From Nitrosopumilus sp. (lineage in GTDB: Archaea; Thermoproteota; Nitrososphaeria; Nitrososphaerales; Nitrosopumilaceae), in contig OZ250186.1 of assembly GCA_965238275.1 (NCBI GenBank), forward strand, positions 1,568,001-1,632,000: DNA of 64,000 bases. The letters run 5' to 3'. The translations under genes and the position numbers were made by a program. How positions within the stretch are numbered: position 1 is the stretch's first letter; each line of letters begins with the position of its first letter. Positions 21,951 through 33,142 of the stretch are shown here, piece after piece. Under the pieces are notes generated by a model that saw only the letters and a program-made list of their open reading frames with translations, was not told where the DNA came from and searched no databases.

Positions 21951-22526
21951 TCATGCCTGAAACGCATCAAGTGCCCTTGCGGCCAGACGCGATACCCGCA
22001 CAGGCTCCGGAACCGATCCATGCAGCGTCAGCTTGTTGAGGATACATGCCGCATCGTTTGTGGTACACCCTGACACCCTTACAAAGACGTCATGCGACGT
22101 CCTTAATCGTATCCTCTGCCTGCCACCCAGTTTCCGGTATGCTGCAACCTTTGGTTCAAACGAATTCGGAAAGTTCTGCCGAATGGCGGACTCTATGCCG
22201 TCAGAGTCATGGTAGGAGAGCCCGATGACCGGTATCCTGAGGGCCTCATGCAGCTCTTTTAGATCCACGACATTGTACCTGGACAGTATCATGCCCGATA
22301 CCAGTACATAGTTTACATCAGACCGTCCCAGCCTTGCATGCATGTCAAGGATTGCACATGTTGCATCGTTCCCTGCCAGCGTCGCACCTCCAAACACAAA
22401 ACCATCAATTACAAGGTCGCTTCTCATGACGACTCCGGCAAGGACTGCCTTGTCATTATCCTGTCCAAAGCTCTCTGCAATTGTCAGTCCGCGCAGTCCC
22501 TTCTTCTCAGGATGAAACGATCTCAT
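21951..22526 (-). CDS. DUF99/UPF0215 (endonuclease V-like) protein
   Basis: GVVMRSDLVIDG, DAT, YNVVD, PEPVRV. Confidence 0.8.
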   Translation of the reverse strand: MRSFHPEKKGLRGLTIAESFGQDNDKAVLAGVVMRSDLVIDGFVFGGATLAGNDATCAILDMHARLGRSDVNYVLVSGMILSRYNVVDLKELHEALRIPVIGLSYHDSDGIESAIRQNFPNSFEPKVAAYRKLGGRQRIRLRTSHDVFVRVSGCTTNDAACILNKLTLHGSVPEPVRVSRLAARALDAFQA

Positions 22527-22789
22527 CGCTCCTCCTCCTCCTCCTCATGTACATGCGATAACTGAGTCCGGTGACAAGCATTAGAATCCCTGTAATCAGC
22601 GACCACATGGAAAAAGACGAGATTTCAAATTCATCCATGATTCATGATGGACGGGTGCGCATCTAAAGATTTTGTTTGTACATGCTGGCTACCACCAAAG
22701 CCAGGCATAATTATTTGGACGCCTCCTGCCTTGACAGCATGTCTGGACACATCTGAAACATCTAAATATATTCGACACAGACCCGACTC

Positions 22790-22999
22790 ATGCCGGAGAT
22801 GATATGCCCCGATTGCGAAATACGCATCTTCCACGAAAACCAGACCACGCTGGACATACAGGTAAAGATCCACTCAAAGTTCTGCAGAAAGAAAAAGGGC
22901 GAGACCCACAGCTACATGCACAGGGATCTGGACCACATGGAGACATTTGATTCTGAGCGGGAAAATGACACCGCCGGGACCCCCGTCCTGAAAAAATAG
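22790..22999 (+). CDS. Small Zn-finger-like protein
   Basis: CPDC...HSKFC; TATA-like TAAATATA upstream. Confidence 0.55.
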   Translation: MPEMICPDCEIRIFHENQTTLDIQVKIHSKFCRKKKGETHSYMHRDLDHMETFDSERENDTAGTPVLKK

Positions 23000-23096
23000 C
23001 CATCTGTCAGATGCCAAATTATATTCTATCGTGAGCAGGGGTTCTGCAACCAAACACAACAAATCTATTTAACGCCAAACACCTCGTAATAAGAAA

Positions 23097-24365
23097 TTGG
23101 ACGCACTGCATCTTGCCATTTTGGGGTTGGGATTCATCCTCATCGGTGCCCTGCCTGTAGCGTTTGGCGAGCCTGTACTACACGATGACAGTCTGATCCT
23201 TGAGGAGTTTGCGCATGGAGTCGGATGGGGACACACCACCATGACTTTTGTAGACGATGACATACTGATATTGCACAAAGCCGGCACCGTCCATCTGATT
23301 CGGGACGGAATCATGCAGAACGAACCCGTATTGAAAGTTACCATAGACCCAACCTGGGAAAGCGGACTGCTGGGAATAACCAGTGCTGACTCTGCAGTCT
23401 ATATCTATTTCACAGCAGCTGGCGAGGGTGGGCACCAATTGGGAAACAAGATATACAAGTACGACTGGGGTGGGGAGACATTGGTCAATCCTGTTCTGGC
23501 CATGGAGCTTCCCTCAAACATATATCATGACGGAGGGGCGATGGTTACCGGTCTGGACAACCAGGTGTATGCGGTGATTGGGGATACCGGAAAATACGGC
23601 CCCCTTCAAAACAAATCCCTTGAGAATCTTTATCCCCCCGGCACTACTGACTATCTGGATACCAGCGTAATCCTGCGCGTGGATCCGGACGGGCCGTACC
23701 AAGCCGTGGGGATCAGAAACAGCTTCGGACTGGCCATAGATCCTGTAACCGGAAACCTGTGGGATACTGAAAACGGGGATGACGACTTTGATGAAATCAA
23801 CCTGGTTCCGGATAGGTTCAACAGTGGGTGGAACAAAATAATGGGGCCTGCAACGCAGTCCGAGCTTGACAGCCTTGTAGTTTATGAGGATTACGTCTAC
23901 AAGGATCCCGAATTTAGCTGGAAACAGGTTGTTGCGCCCACCGGTCTGAGTTTTGGAAAATTCAAGGAGACCAGTACCTATGATGACTCGCTCTTTGTAG
24001 GTGATTGCAACTACGGAAATCTTTACAAGTTCACGCTAAATCAGAACAGGGACGGATTCGAATTTATCAATCCGGATCTGCAGGACAACCTGGTAGACGA
24101 CGGCGATTCCATGGATGAGATAATACTTGGCACAGGTTTTAAGTGCATTACAGACATTGAAAGGGGACCTGACGGTTTTCTATACATTGTATCCCACGGT
24201 GAAAAGGAAATTTATAGAATTGTTCCAGCAGAGGCCTTGGGTGAGGAATACGTATCTGACTCTCCGCCTGAACAGGTATCTGACATCAACCTTGTATTGG
24301 TTGCCCTGTTGGGTGCTTCTACTGCTGTTGCAATATTCATCGTAATGAAACAGAAAAAAAAATAG
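23097..24365 (+). CDS. PQQ-dependent sugar dehydrogenase (GSDH) family, membrane-anchored
   Basis: Signal peptide; ESGLLG, HDGG, GIRNSFG, DEIN, GPDG; C-terminal TM helix plus KKK. Confidence 0.88.
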   Translation: MDALHLAILGLGFILIGALPVAFGEPVLHDDSLILEEFAHGVGWGHTTMTFVDDDILILHKAGTVHLIRDGIMQNEPVLKVTIDPTWESGLLGITSADSAVYIYFTAAGEGGHQLGNKIYKYDWGGETLVNPVLAMELPSNIYHDGGAMVTGLDNQVYAVIGDTGKYGPLQNKSLENLYPPGTTDYLDTSVILRVDPDGPYQAVGIRNSFGLAIDPVTGNLWDTENGDDDFDEINLVPDRFNSGWNKIMGPATQSELDSLVVYEDYVYKDPEFSWKQVVAPTGLSFGKFKETSTYDDSLFVGDCNYGNLYKFTLNQNRDGFEFINPDLQDNLVDDGDSMDEIILGTGFKCITDIERGPDGFLYIVSHGEKEIYRIVPAEALGEEYVSDSPPEQVSDINLVLVALLGASTAVAIFIVMKQKKK

Positions 24366-24400
24366 GAAAATCTCTGAAAAAACAAATACCAGTACCGTCC

Positions 24401-24802
24401 ATGACTGGTATGGGAACAGCGCTCAAGGCAACATCAATCGATCATGTAAACATGCAGGTCAAGAATCTGGAGCAGAGTGTAATGTTTTACGCCGACCTCT
24501 TTGGTTTTGAAATAAAACAAGAATCCAACACAAACAAGGCGGATCTGCCGTCCAAAATCATTGGCAATGACGCAATCAAGCTTTGCATGTATGAGGTGCC
24601 TGACATGTCCCCGGGAGGCGGAATTGCCCATTTTGGATTCAACATTGCCAACTTTGATGAAATAATTGAAAAATGCAGGAAATCCGGGGTTGAGATACTT
24701 TATGGCGGCATAGTGGACTGGGAGACGTCAAGATCAGTGTACATAGTAGACCCGAGCGGCTATGAGGTGGAGCTTGGTGAAATTTCCGGCGGCGGAATAT
24801 AG
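24401..24802 (+). CDS. VOC/glyoxalase family protein
   Basis: IDHVN, FY..FGF, HFGF, DPSGYEVE. Confidence 0.88.
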   Translation: MTGMGTALKATSIDHVNMQVKNLEQSVMFYADLFGFEIKQESNTNKADLPSKIIGNDAIKLCMYEVPDMSPGGGIAHFGFNIANFDEIIEKCRKSGVEILYGGIVDWETSRSVYIVDPSGYEVELGEISGGGI

Positions 24803-25160
24803 GAATAATCGTCCCTCAAACCAATCCTGTCTGTCCAGACGCAGTATGGGCGGCGGCGGCGGCCATGACATGTCCGTCTGTATTCGTGTAATTGTACAGC
24901 GCATCTGCAATCATTTCTCATAATATTTCTTGGAACTGATGGCCTCTGCACATGCCTGCCCCTGCATCTTAACGACGCCTCTCTTTTTTGACTTTATGTG
25001 GGGTGCAGTAATCCATCACACCCTGTGGATAATTGTTGGCATGATGCTGCATCCTGTCGTACACGCCCAAGCCACTCCCCCCAAAACCAGATATGGCCAT
25101 TCGCAGAATCATTCATGCCTGTGCTTGGCCCTGAATTCCACATACTGTTAGACTAAAATA

Positions 25161-25550
25161 TTGATCTCTCGGTGTTACTCTGTGCTAATAGTTGACTGCA
25201 AGGATGTACTGTCCATTAGAAACGATCTGCTGGTATATGTCTCCGATCAGGTCGCTGCCATTCCAACCCTGAAGAACAACCAGTTCACACTGTCTGCATT
25301 TGACGATGAGATGGATATAGATCTCAGCACCGTCGTTACGGCAATCAAGGAATTTCTGGATTCGATCGGCGAGGGTCGTAATTTTGCCGTAATCCCAGAT
25401 GACGGGACGATACGCATCAAGTCCATATATGGCAAGACCATAGAGCATGAGGCTGCCCCTACCCAGGAGATGTTCTCATGCACCCATTGCGGATTCGTTA
25501 CGAGGTACCAGATGGAACTGAACATCCACATGAGAATCCACTATCTTTAG
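25161..25550 (+). CDS. C2H2 Zn-finger protein
   Basis: C-terminal CTHCG...HMRIH. Confidence 0.75.
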   Translation: MISRCYSVLIVDCKDVLSIRNDLLVYVSDQVAAIPTLKNNQFTLSAFDDEMDIDLSTVVTAIKEFLDSIGEGRNFAVIPDDGTIRIKSIYGKTIEHEAAPTQEMFSCTHCGFVTRYQMELNIHMRIHYL

Positions 25551-25724
25551 GCCACTCCTCGTGTGTCCGTGACAGAATCATACCGTGTAACCAGCGCCTG
25601 CAACCGACCGTATCCGGCCTCCCGGTATGGTTGCGCATGGTTGCGAGTCTGGTTTTTCATGCATGCTCTGGCGACCTCATACCGCGTACAAGATCTTTAT
25701 AAACACTGGATATGAAGGGCAGTC

Positions 25725-25913
25725 ATGGAGGGGCCTGCCAAAAACAATTCCACAAAAGTTTACTGTTCCAGATGCGACATGATCTTCGAGTCCAGAAAAA
25801 AATTCCAGAGTCACCTTGACGTGCATTCGTCCGATTCTTCTTCTTCTTGCGAGCAGTGTCCCATTGACACTGTTATTGCCAAGCTTGTAGGGCTCTTTAG
25901 ATTAAGATCATAA
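25725..25913 (+). CDS. Small C2H2 Zn-finger protein
   Basis: CSRC..F.....F..HLDVH plus CEQC; TTTATAAA upstream. Confidence 0.7.
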   Translation: MEGPAKNNSTKVYCSRCDMIFESRKKFQSHLDVHSSDSSSSCEQCPIDTVIAKLVGLFRLRS

Positions 25914-26392
25914 TACCTGGAAAAGCATTGTTGTGGCGGAATTTTACCGAAGGCTTTTAAGAAAAAGACTGTCGCCTATATTCAGTGTCATATTGCAGGG
26001 CTCGATCGCCTTGAGATATTTGCCGAGTCTGTAAGGTATCTGTCCCTTCAGGGAATGCACCTCAGATCAATTATTGCAGATAGTGTTTTTTCCTGAAATT
26101 TTTCTTGAAAAAATAAGAGAATTTCTATACAATCAAATAAACCTGAATTTATTCCCAGTATGGATCCTTGTAGAATTTCTTTTTTCTTTACAATACAGGA
26201 CGGTCCTGTGCTGCAGGATCTGAAAGAGAGATTTACCTTCCTAATGACCGATAACTTTGACGTCCATTATTACACAACACTACAATAATCTGAAAATCTT
26301 TTGGTTCTACATTTTATTTATGAATACATTCGATTTCAAGATCTTTAAATCAAAAGTCGAAACAGATAAATTCTTTCTCACTAACTCTGTTC

Positions 26393-26758
26393 ATGGAAAG
26401 AAACCTTGATCTTGAAAACAATGCAAAAGAACTTGTGGTTCGTTTCATAGAATCACTTAGTCAAAATGATCTCAAAAGCGCTAGAGGCTGTGTAAATGAT
26501 GATTTTGAATATATTAGTCCACTTGGGAATTATGATCGGGCAGAGCCATTCTTTAAACGCATGGAAGCGTCACCTCTAAAATTTAACATCAAAAAAGCCT
26601 TTGTAGATGGAAACGAGGTATGCGTGTTTGTTGATGTTCCTTTAGGATCTTTAACACTGCTTGCATGTGGCTGGTACACTGCGGAAGAACAAAAAATCCG
26701 TTCATTAAATCTAATATATGATCCACGGGTATTCCTGGAAGGAATATCCAATAAATAA
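26393..26758 (+). CDS. NTF2/SnoaL-like protein
   Basis: VVRFIESL, DDFEYISP, FVDGNEVCV, LIYDPR; lies in an AT-rich tract. Confidence 0.75.
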   Translation: MERNLDLENNAKELVVRFIESLSQNDLKSARGCVNDDFEYISPLGNYDRAEPFFKRMEASPLKFNIKKAFVDGNEVCVFVDVPLGSLTLLACGWYTAEEQKIRSLNLIYDPRVFLEGISNK

Positions 26759-27181
26759 TATTTTTCCTAGATTATCTATAGTGCCGCTCACAAGTAATTA
26801 CCTGTGTACCGAATAGCCGTAAATGCCCGATGGCAGACGCTAGTTGCAGACGCTGTGATGGAATCAGTCGTCTGACGCCTTGGCTCATGATTTGGTGTCC
26901 TGTCCTGCGCCTGCCGCAGACGCCACGGTTTCGATTTCAGATACCACGAGTATTCCCGCCTGCACTCGGTATTGTAGCACCGCCACGAACTCGGCATCGC
27001 TTGTCTGTCCGTTCTCCCAAAGGAGAATTTGCTGTGATTCGACTGCCCAGCGTTTAAGAACTCTGGAGCCGTTGTGGTACGCAATGACTAACAATACCAG
27101 ATCTGACTGCCGGAATTGAAAAAATTTCCGTGAAAAAACAAGTGGAAAAGCATTTTTAAATAACATTTACTGCCATGCTTT

Positions 27182-27838
27182 GTGAATAAAAAGATCGTCA
27201 TCATAGCAGCTATCGCAGTGGCCATAGCCATGGCAGTAGCCTCGTTCCAGTCATCACCGCCTGATAATCCCGGTGTGACGGATCGAACACATGGGACCAT
27301 CTCCACTACCCTGGGATCTCCAATTCTGGGAGACCCGTCTGCCCCTATCACGATTATTGAATTTGGCGACTACCAGTGCCATTTCTGTCAGAAATGGTTC
27401 CATGAAACAAAGCCTGCAATAAGCAGCCAGTATATCGATACTGGAAAGGCAAACCTCGTCTTTGTCGATATGGCATTTCTGGGACGTGACTCTCCAAAGG
27501 CAGCCCAGGCCTCATACTGTGCAGAGGATCAGGGGATGTACTGGGAGTATCATGATACCCTATACACCTATCAGGAGGCCAAAATCGACGGGGGCTGGGC
27601 AAACTCAGAAAGGCTAAAGGCGTTTGCCTCTGACTTGGGCATGGACCTGGACCAGTTTACAGACTGCCTTGATTCTGGCAAGCATGCCCAGCGCGTCCAG
27701 TACAACACAGACCAGGCAAGGGCAACCGGAATAACATCGACTCCCGGATTCGTTATTGTAGGCCCCGACCAGCAAATACGGATAAGCGGGGCCCATCCAT
27801 TCTCCACATTCCAGCAAACATTGGATTCCATGATCTAA
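27182..27838 (+). CDS. DsbA-family thioredoxin-fold protein
   Basis: N-terminal anchor, EFGDYQCHFC, STPGF. Confidence 0.92.
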   Translation: MNKKIVIIAAIAVAIAMAVASFQSSPPDNPGVTDRTHGTISTTLGSPILGDPSAPITIIEFGDYQCHFCQKWFHETKPAISSQYIDTGKANLVFVDMAFLGRDSPKAAQASYCAEDQGMYWEYHDTLYTYQEAKIDGGWANSERLKAFASDLGMDLDQFTDCLDSGKHAQRVQYNTDQARATGITSTPGFVIVGPDQQIRISGAHPFSTFQQTLDSMI

Positions 27839-28315
27839 ATGGCGCAAGCGGTACGAATCGTATTTTCCAACATCCGGTTTACGGTTCTGGCAGCCGTCAT
27901 CTTTACCCTCATGGCAACAGGACTGCTGATACTGTCCGAATACATCTTTTTGGAGCCGTATGTAGTAGGCCATCTGCCGTCAGGAGGCGAGCTTGGGTTT
28001 GCCCTGATCCTAATCATTTCGGCACTGTCTGCCCTGGTCATCCCCATGAACATCTTTAGAATAACTGTTCTGAAAAACTCGAAGCGGAAGATAAGCGGTG
28101 GTGCCTTTGGCTCTATAATCGGTGCCGCCGCCGGCGCATGCAGCTGCGGACCTGTGGGGTTTGCCGTCATCTCCACGTTTGGATCCGTCGGCGCCACTGC
28201 AACTGCATTCCTTACAAGCTACGAGATCCCGATCCGGATTGTGGCCATTCTGGTACTGGCCGTTACATACGTTACCACGGTAAAATCACTCAGAACCGAA
28301 TGCAAGCTTGACTAG
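27839..28315 (+). CDS. Membrane protein with CSC motif, coupled to dsbA
   Basis: Four TM segments, GACSCGP; starts immediately after the dsbA stop. Confidence 0.75.
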   Translation: MAQAVRIVFSNIRFTVLAAVIFTLMATGLLILSEYIFLEPYVVGHLPSGGELGFALILIISALSALVIPMNIFRITVLKNSKRKISGGAFGSIIGAAAGACSCGPVGFAVISTFGSVGATATAFLTSYEIPIRIVAILVLAVTYVTTVKSLRTECKLD

Positions 28316-28427
28316 CACCCATGTGCTGGAAATACCCCCCCCCTCCCGCAATACCCTGAAACCTACCCGCGCCTGATTCCAGGACTACTCCTGCAGAACT
28401 CCATCCTGCATCCCGGACCCGTAAAAC

Positions 28428-29384
28428 TTGATCTATTTATTTGACTCATTTGGGCTTAACGTAGTGCAAAACTGGAACCTGATTATAGGAATCATGATCA
28501 TTGCCAGCCCCATACTCTTTGCAATGATCGTCTTTCCGGATTCGATAGCATGGAGCTGGAACGAGGGCAGGGGGGGCTATTTCTTTGCACTCATATTTGT
28601 TGTAGCCGAGATGATTGGGCTAAAGACTGTCATATCCAAAAGACGGCTGTATGTGGTAATTCCGATGGCGGTCCTAGTCATCGTATATCTGATCTCCTTG
28701 GAGCATGGCCTGCAGGATTACATCGTCGAGTCTGCAGACCATTTTGACGTGCAGCTGATCTACTCATGGACATGGATGTGGGACTTTGTGGTAATGGCCA
28801 TATTTTTCGTTGCAGCACTGTCCATCTTCTTTGGAAGGCGGTGGATCAGGATTGCCCCGGCAGGACCGATATTTCTTACCGGAACCGCAGTAATACTCTC
28901 CCTTGATGCATTCTTCCCCTATGACACGCTGGGCCCATTACAGTATGTTGTTCCCTATTTTGTTCAGGCAAACGTCTGGGTAATCACCGTACTTGATCTT
29001 GGCACTGCAATAGCCAGAGACAATGTCATGTTTCTGCGTGGTGACCATGGCTCCATGGCACTCCAGGTGTTCTGGCCATCTGCAGGCGTTCACAGCATAA
29101 TCATCTTCTCCCTGGTAATAGGGGCATTCATGCTCAAGATGAACATTGCCAGGCCCAGAAAGATCGTCTATTTCATACTGGGAATAATCGGCACCGTTGT
29201 AGTCAACCTGATCAGGATATTTTCCCTCTCCTGGTACGCCCTGAAGGTCACCACGGATCCTGTTGCCTGGGAGGAGTATCACAAGATCGCAGGCGAGATC
29301 ATGTTCCTGCCGTGGCTCTTTGCGTTCATACTGGTTGTAATCCTGATAGAGTCCAGGCGTCTCAAGAAGCTGGAGAAGGGCTGA
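28428..29384 (+). CDS. Thaumarchaeosortase (exosortase/archaeosortase family)
   Basis: Multi-TM; WPSAGVHS (Ser at the catalytic Cys position, as is known for this subfamily), NLIRI, EYH. Confidence 0.9.
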   Translation: MIYLFDSFGLNVVQNWNLIIGIMIIASPILFAMIVFPDSIAWSWNEGRGGYFFALIFVVAEMIGLKTVISKRRLYVVIPMAVLVIVYLISLEHGLQDYIVESADHFDVQLIYSWTWMWDFVVMAIFFVAALSIFFGRRWIRIAPAGPIFLTGTAVILSLDAFFPYDTLGPLQYVVPYFVQANVWVITVLDLGTAIARDNVMFLRGDHGSMALQVFWPSAGVHSIIIFSLVIGAFMLKMNIARPRKIVYFILGIIGTVVVNLIRIFSLSWYALKVTTDPVAWEEYHKIAGEIMFLPWLFAFILVVILIESRRLKKLEKG

Positions 29385-29391
29385 AAATGCA

Positions 29392-30516
29392 TCAAAAATA
29401 ATCTGTAATGTCCATCTGGCCCTGCATCTCTGAGAGCTCGGCTACCCTGACGCCCAGTCTCCTGACATCCGATGCCTGCCCCTCGAGCGCATCTGCCAGC
29501 AGCCTTTCTGCATTCCTTTGAAGCTCAGCCAGGCTTGATGTCGGATTTTTCAGCATCCTTGACTTTGTTCTGCCTGACAGATCAGAATGGATGAACTGGA
29601 TTCCAACTGACTTGAACATCCTGTTGTTTCCCATGGCCACCTTGTGTACCTCATTGCACAATTCAATCAGATTTTCCAAGAGAAACCGGTAGTCCCTGGA
29701 ATCCTTACTCAGTGTTGCAATCTTGCTGTACTGTACGCTTGCCTCCCTTTCCCTGACCGGCGCATCGTCAGTGCCTCTGGCTGCATTGAATATGTATGCC
29801 CCGTGCTTCCTGCCAAATTCCTTGTTCAGGGTAAAGATATCCAGTTTTTTTAAATCCAGCACCGTCTCCAGTCCCATTTCACGGAGTCTCTCCTCTGTCT
29901 TTTTTCCAATTCCCGGGATCGTCCTGATCTTTAGGGGCTCCAAAAACCCGTGCAATTCGTCCGGATGAACCACCGTCATGCCGTCCGGTTTTTGAAAGTC
30001 TGATGCAATCTTTGAGACCATCTTGTTAGGCGAGATTCCAACAGAACAGCTGATTCCTGTTCTGTGCCTGACTGCATTTTTGATCTGCTGGGCAAGGTGA
30101 GCGGCCCTCTTAAAATCGCCCTCAACTCTGTCTGTCACATCCAGGTATGCCTCGTCCCTTCCCACATACTCAAAGATATCCGCATAGCCCCTCATGACAT
30201 CCATTGCATTTTCGGAGACCTCCGAGTAATACCCAAAGTCCACCGGCAGGAACACTGCATCCTCCCTATCCCTGAGCCGTCTTTTTGCAAATACTATCGG
30301 CATTCCTGATTTTGCCCCGTATTTCCTTGCCGTATAGTTGGCAGTTGCAATGGCGCCGCTGTCCCCACCCCTGCCTGAGAACACGCAGACACAGACAGGT
30401 TTTGACTTGAGTTCCGGCGTTCTGATCTCTTCACACTGCGCATAGAAATAATCAAAATCTATGTGACAGATTATCCTTCCTTCCGACATATCTCGACTAC
30501 CCTGAACTGTCGTCAT
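29392..30516 (-). CDS. dinB: Y-family DNA polymerase IV
   Basis: HIDFDYFYAQ, ANYTAR, DEAYLD, SKIASD..KPDG, GIGKKT. Confidence 0.95.
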   Translation of the reverse strand: MTTVQGSRDMSEGRIICHIDFDYFYAQCEEIRTPELKSKPVCVCVFSGRGGDSGAIATANYTARKYGAKSGMPIVFAKRRLRDREDAVFLPVDFGYYSEVSENAMDVMRGYADIFEYVGRDEAYLDVTDRVEGDFKRAAHLAQQIKNAVRHRTGISCSVGISPNKMVSKIASDFQKPDGMTVVHPDELHGFLEPLKIRTIPGIGKKTEERLREMGLETVLDLKKLDIFTLNKEFGRKHGAYIFNAARGTDDAPVREREASVQYSKIATLSKDSRDYRFLLENLIELCNEVHKVAMGNNRMFKSVGIQFIHSDLSGRTKSRMLKNPTSSLAELQRNAERLLADALEGQASDVRRLGVRVAELSEMQGQMDITDYF

Positions 30517-30563
30517 CTATCAGTTTTGGGTTCATCTAAATACCAGAGGGCTCAGTCCTCCTT

Positions 30564-30812
30564 GTGGAACATCCGATATCTGCCAACGAAAACGGCCTGA
30601 ACCTCAAGCCTGAAAAGATGGAACGGGAGAAGCTATACCACTGCATATTCAAGGACAAGGCAATGCTCGTCTTCAAGGATTCCCAGGATGTTCTAAACTG
30701 CTATGAGGTGGAAGAAGCAGGACTGGTTGAACAGATCCGAAAATGCAAAACCGCTGACGAGTTAGAAAAAATATTTGACGAGTACCTTAAAAATCTCAGC
30801 ACGAATAATTAA
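30564..30812 (+). CDS. Hypothetical protein
   Basis: 82-aa ORF with protein-like composition. Confidence 0.65.
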   Translation: MEHPISANENGLNLKPEKMEREKLYHCIFKDKAMLVFKDSQDVLNCYEVEEAGLVEQIRKCKTADELEKIFDEYLKNLSTNN

Positions 30813-30847
30813 ATACAAGTTCTGCGAGAAACTAATTATAGTGATGT

Positions 30848-32462
30848 ATGGACTTGAGCGACGCCAATAATTCCAAAGATGCAGAAGAAATTTTATCAGA
30901 ATTCGGTTCCAGAGAGTCAATTACTGAAAAAAAGGCAGAACCAACACCGGCCCCAACAGCCGAACCCGCTCCAGAACCAACACCCGCAGTAGCAGCTGAG
31001 TCCACTCCCGAACCAGCCGCAGAACCAGCACCGGCCCCAACAGCCGAACCCACTCCAGAACCAGCACCCGCTGAGTCCACTCCCGAACCAGCCGCAGAAC
31101 CAGCACCGGCCCCAACAGCCGAACCCGCTCCAGAACCAGCACCCGCAGTAGCAGCTGAGTCCACTCCAGAACCAGCACCCGCAGTAGCAGCTGAGTCCAC
31201 TCCCGAACCAGCCGCTGAACCAACACCGGCTCCAACAGCCGAACCCGCTCCAGAACCAGTAGCAGCTGAGTCAACTCCCGAACCAGCCGCTGAACCAACA
31301 CCGGCCCCAACAGCCGAACCCGCTCCAGAACCAGTAGCAGCTGAGTCAACTCCCGAACCAGCCGCTGAACCAACACCGGCCCCAACAGCCGAACCCGCTC
31401 CAGAACCAGTAGCAGCTGAGTCAACTCCCGAACCAGCCGCTGAACCAACACCCGCAGTAGCAGCTGAGTCCACTCCCGAACCAGCCGCTGAACCAACACC
31501 GGCCCCAACAGCCGAACCCGCTCCAGAACCAACACAGGAAGTAGCAGCTGAGTCAACTCCCGAACCAGCCGCTGAACCAACACCGGCCCCAACAGCCGAA
31601 CCCGCTCCAGAACCAACACAGGAAGTAGCAGCTGAGTCCACTCCCGAACCAGCCGCTGAACCAACACCCGCAGTAGCAGCTGAGTCCACTCCCGAACCCG
31701 CTCCAGAACCAACACCCGCAGTAGCAGCTGAGTCCACTCCCGAACCAGCAGCTGAACCCACCGGCCCCAACAGCCGAACCCGCTCCAGAACCAACACCCG
31801 CAGTAGCAGCTGAGTCCACTCCCGAACCAGCCGCTGAACCAACACCGGCCCCAACAGCCGAACCCGCTCCAGAACCAACACCCGCAGTAGCAGCTGAGTC
31901 CACTCCCGAACCAGCCGCTGAACCAACACCGGCCCCAACAGCCGAACCCGCTCCAGAACCAACACCCGCAGTAGCAGCTGAGTCCACTCCCGAACCAGCC
32001 GCTGAACCAACACCGGCCCCAACAGCCGAACCCGCTCCAGAACCAACACCCGCAGTAGCAGATGAGTCCACTCCCGAACCAGCCGCTGAACCAACACCGG
32101 CCCCAACAGCCGAACCCGCAGCTCCGTCCACCGCAGAGTCACAATCCGATTCAACTACGGGCAAAACTTCGGATCCATCTAAAGCACCTGAAAGACGTGA
32201 TGTGATTTTTGTGGGCTCAAAACCAATAATGACTTATGTGTCTGCGACCTTGACACAACTTTCCACTAGATCTATGGTAACCATCAAGGCTCGAGGCAAA
32301 AAAATTACGCAGGCAGTTGATGTGTCCCAAATGATTGTCAAGAGAATGAATTCCGTTGGATACATCATCAAAGATGTGCGAATCTCATCCGACTCTCTTA
32401 AATCCCAAGATGGAAAACTGCGCAACGTATCCACCATGGAAATTGACATATCAAAAGGGTAA
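30848..32462 (+). pseudogene. Alba-family protein with long Pro/Ala/Glu/Thr repeat N-terminus, frameshifted at ~31758
   Basis: Restoring 2 nt (GAACC[AA]CACC) gives one 538-aa ORF ending in the Alba domain (IFVGSKPIMTY, IKARGKKI..AVDV, RNVSTMEI). Confidence 0.8.
30937..32120 (+). repeat. Composite coding tandem repeat (69-bp unit EPAAEPTPAPTAEPAPEPTPAVAAEST-like, with shorter variants)
   Basis: Near-identical units repeated over ~1.2 kb. Confidence 0.97.
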
Positions 32463-32463
32463 A

Positions 32464-32682
32464 TTAAAAAAATTAATTCTAGCGGCAATTGGAATTTTAA
32501 CAGTTGTAATTATACTTGCACTATCTGAAAATTCGTGTGGGTTACAGCACATTCAAATTTTAAATGATATATCCACATATGAAGAGACGTTTGATCCGGA
32601 GTTTTGTGAGGTCGTAGTAAGTAAGATCGATCTGTTTAATGATCAATGCACACCAAGGTTTGAAACCCTGGACTGCGGTTAA
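32464..32682 (+). CDS. Small putative secreted Cys-containing protein, start codon unclear
   Basis: KKLILAAIGILTVVIILAL signal-like segment followed by 4 Cys; no ATG/GTG/TTG at the expected start. Confidence 0.45.
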   Translation, partial: LKKLILAAIGILTVVIILALSENSCGLQHIQILNDISTYEETFDPEFCEVVVSKIDLFNDQCTPRFETLDCG

Positions 32683-33142
32683 TACAGGGCATCTATCAAA
32701 AACATTATTCCAAAATAAGTAGTATATTCTCAGGTATTTTATTAACAAACCCCTAACCATACTATCTAACATTTTGACAATTTCATCAAATTCGGTTGTT
32801 TTGATATCAAAAGATATGTTCAAATATGCATTTACTAGTTATTAGAAATTATTTAAAAAATGGATTTTTGTCCGAATCAATAACCGCTGCATTCAGCGGA
32901 TCATCATTATAAAAGATACAAAAATTAAAAGATCATATCGTATCAGCATAAAAGATCCTATGCAGAATGTGCCTGACGTGGCAAATCATAAAATCATGTC
33001 AGAACTGCGCTAGACGTGGCCATATTTGAAAATCTCGTCTGCCGTATATTTTACAAATTTGTCTTGCACGTCCATGTGAAAAACCTAGTTTCCAAAACTG
33101 GAAAATAAGGCACGTTCTGTGGATGTGCGGCATTCGTCCCCT

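Noticed and set aside
29073-29096. Ser instead of the catalytic Cys in the sortase
   Set aside because: A known property of thaumarchaeosortase, not novel
30832-32164. Long minus-strand ORFs (440, 264 and 203 aa)
   Set aside because: Antisense shadows of the Alba-linked repeat array
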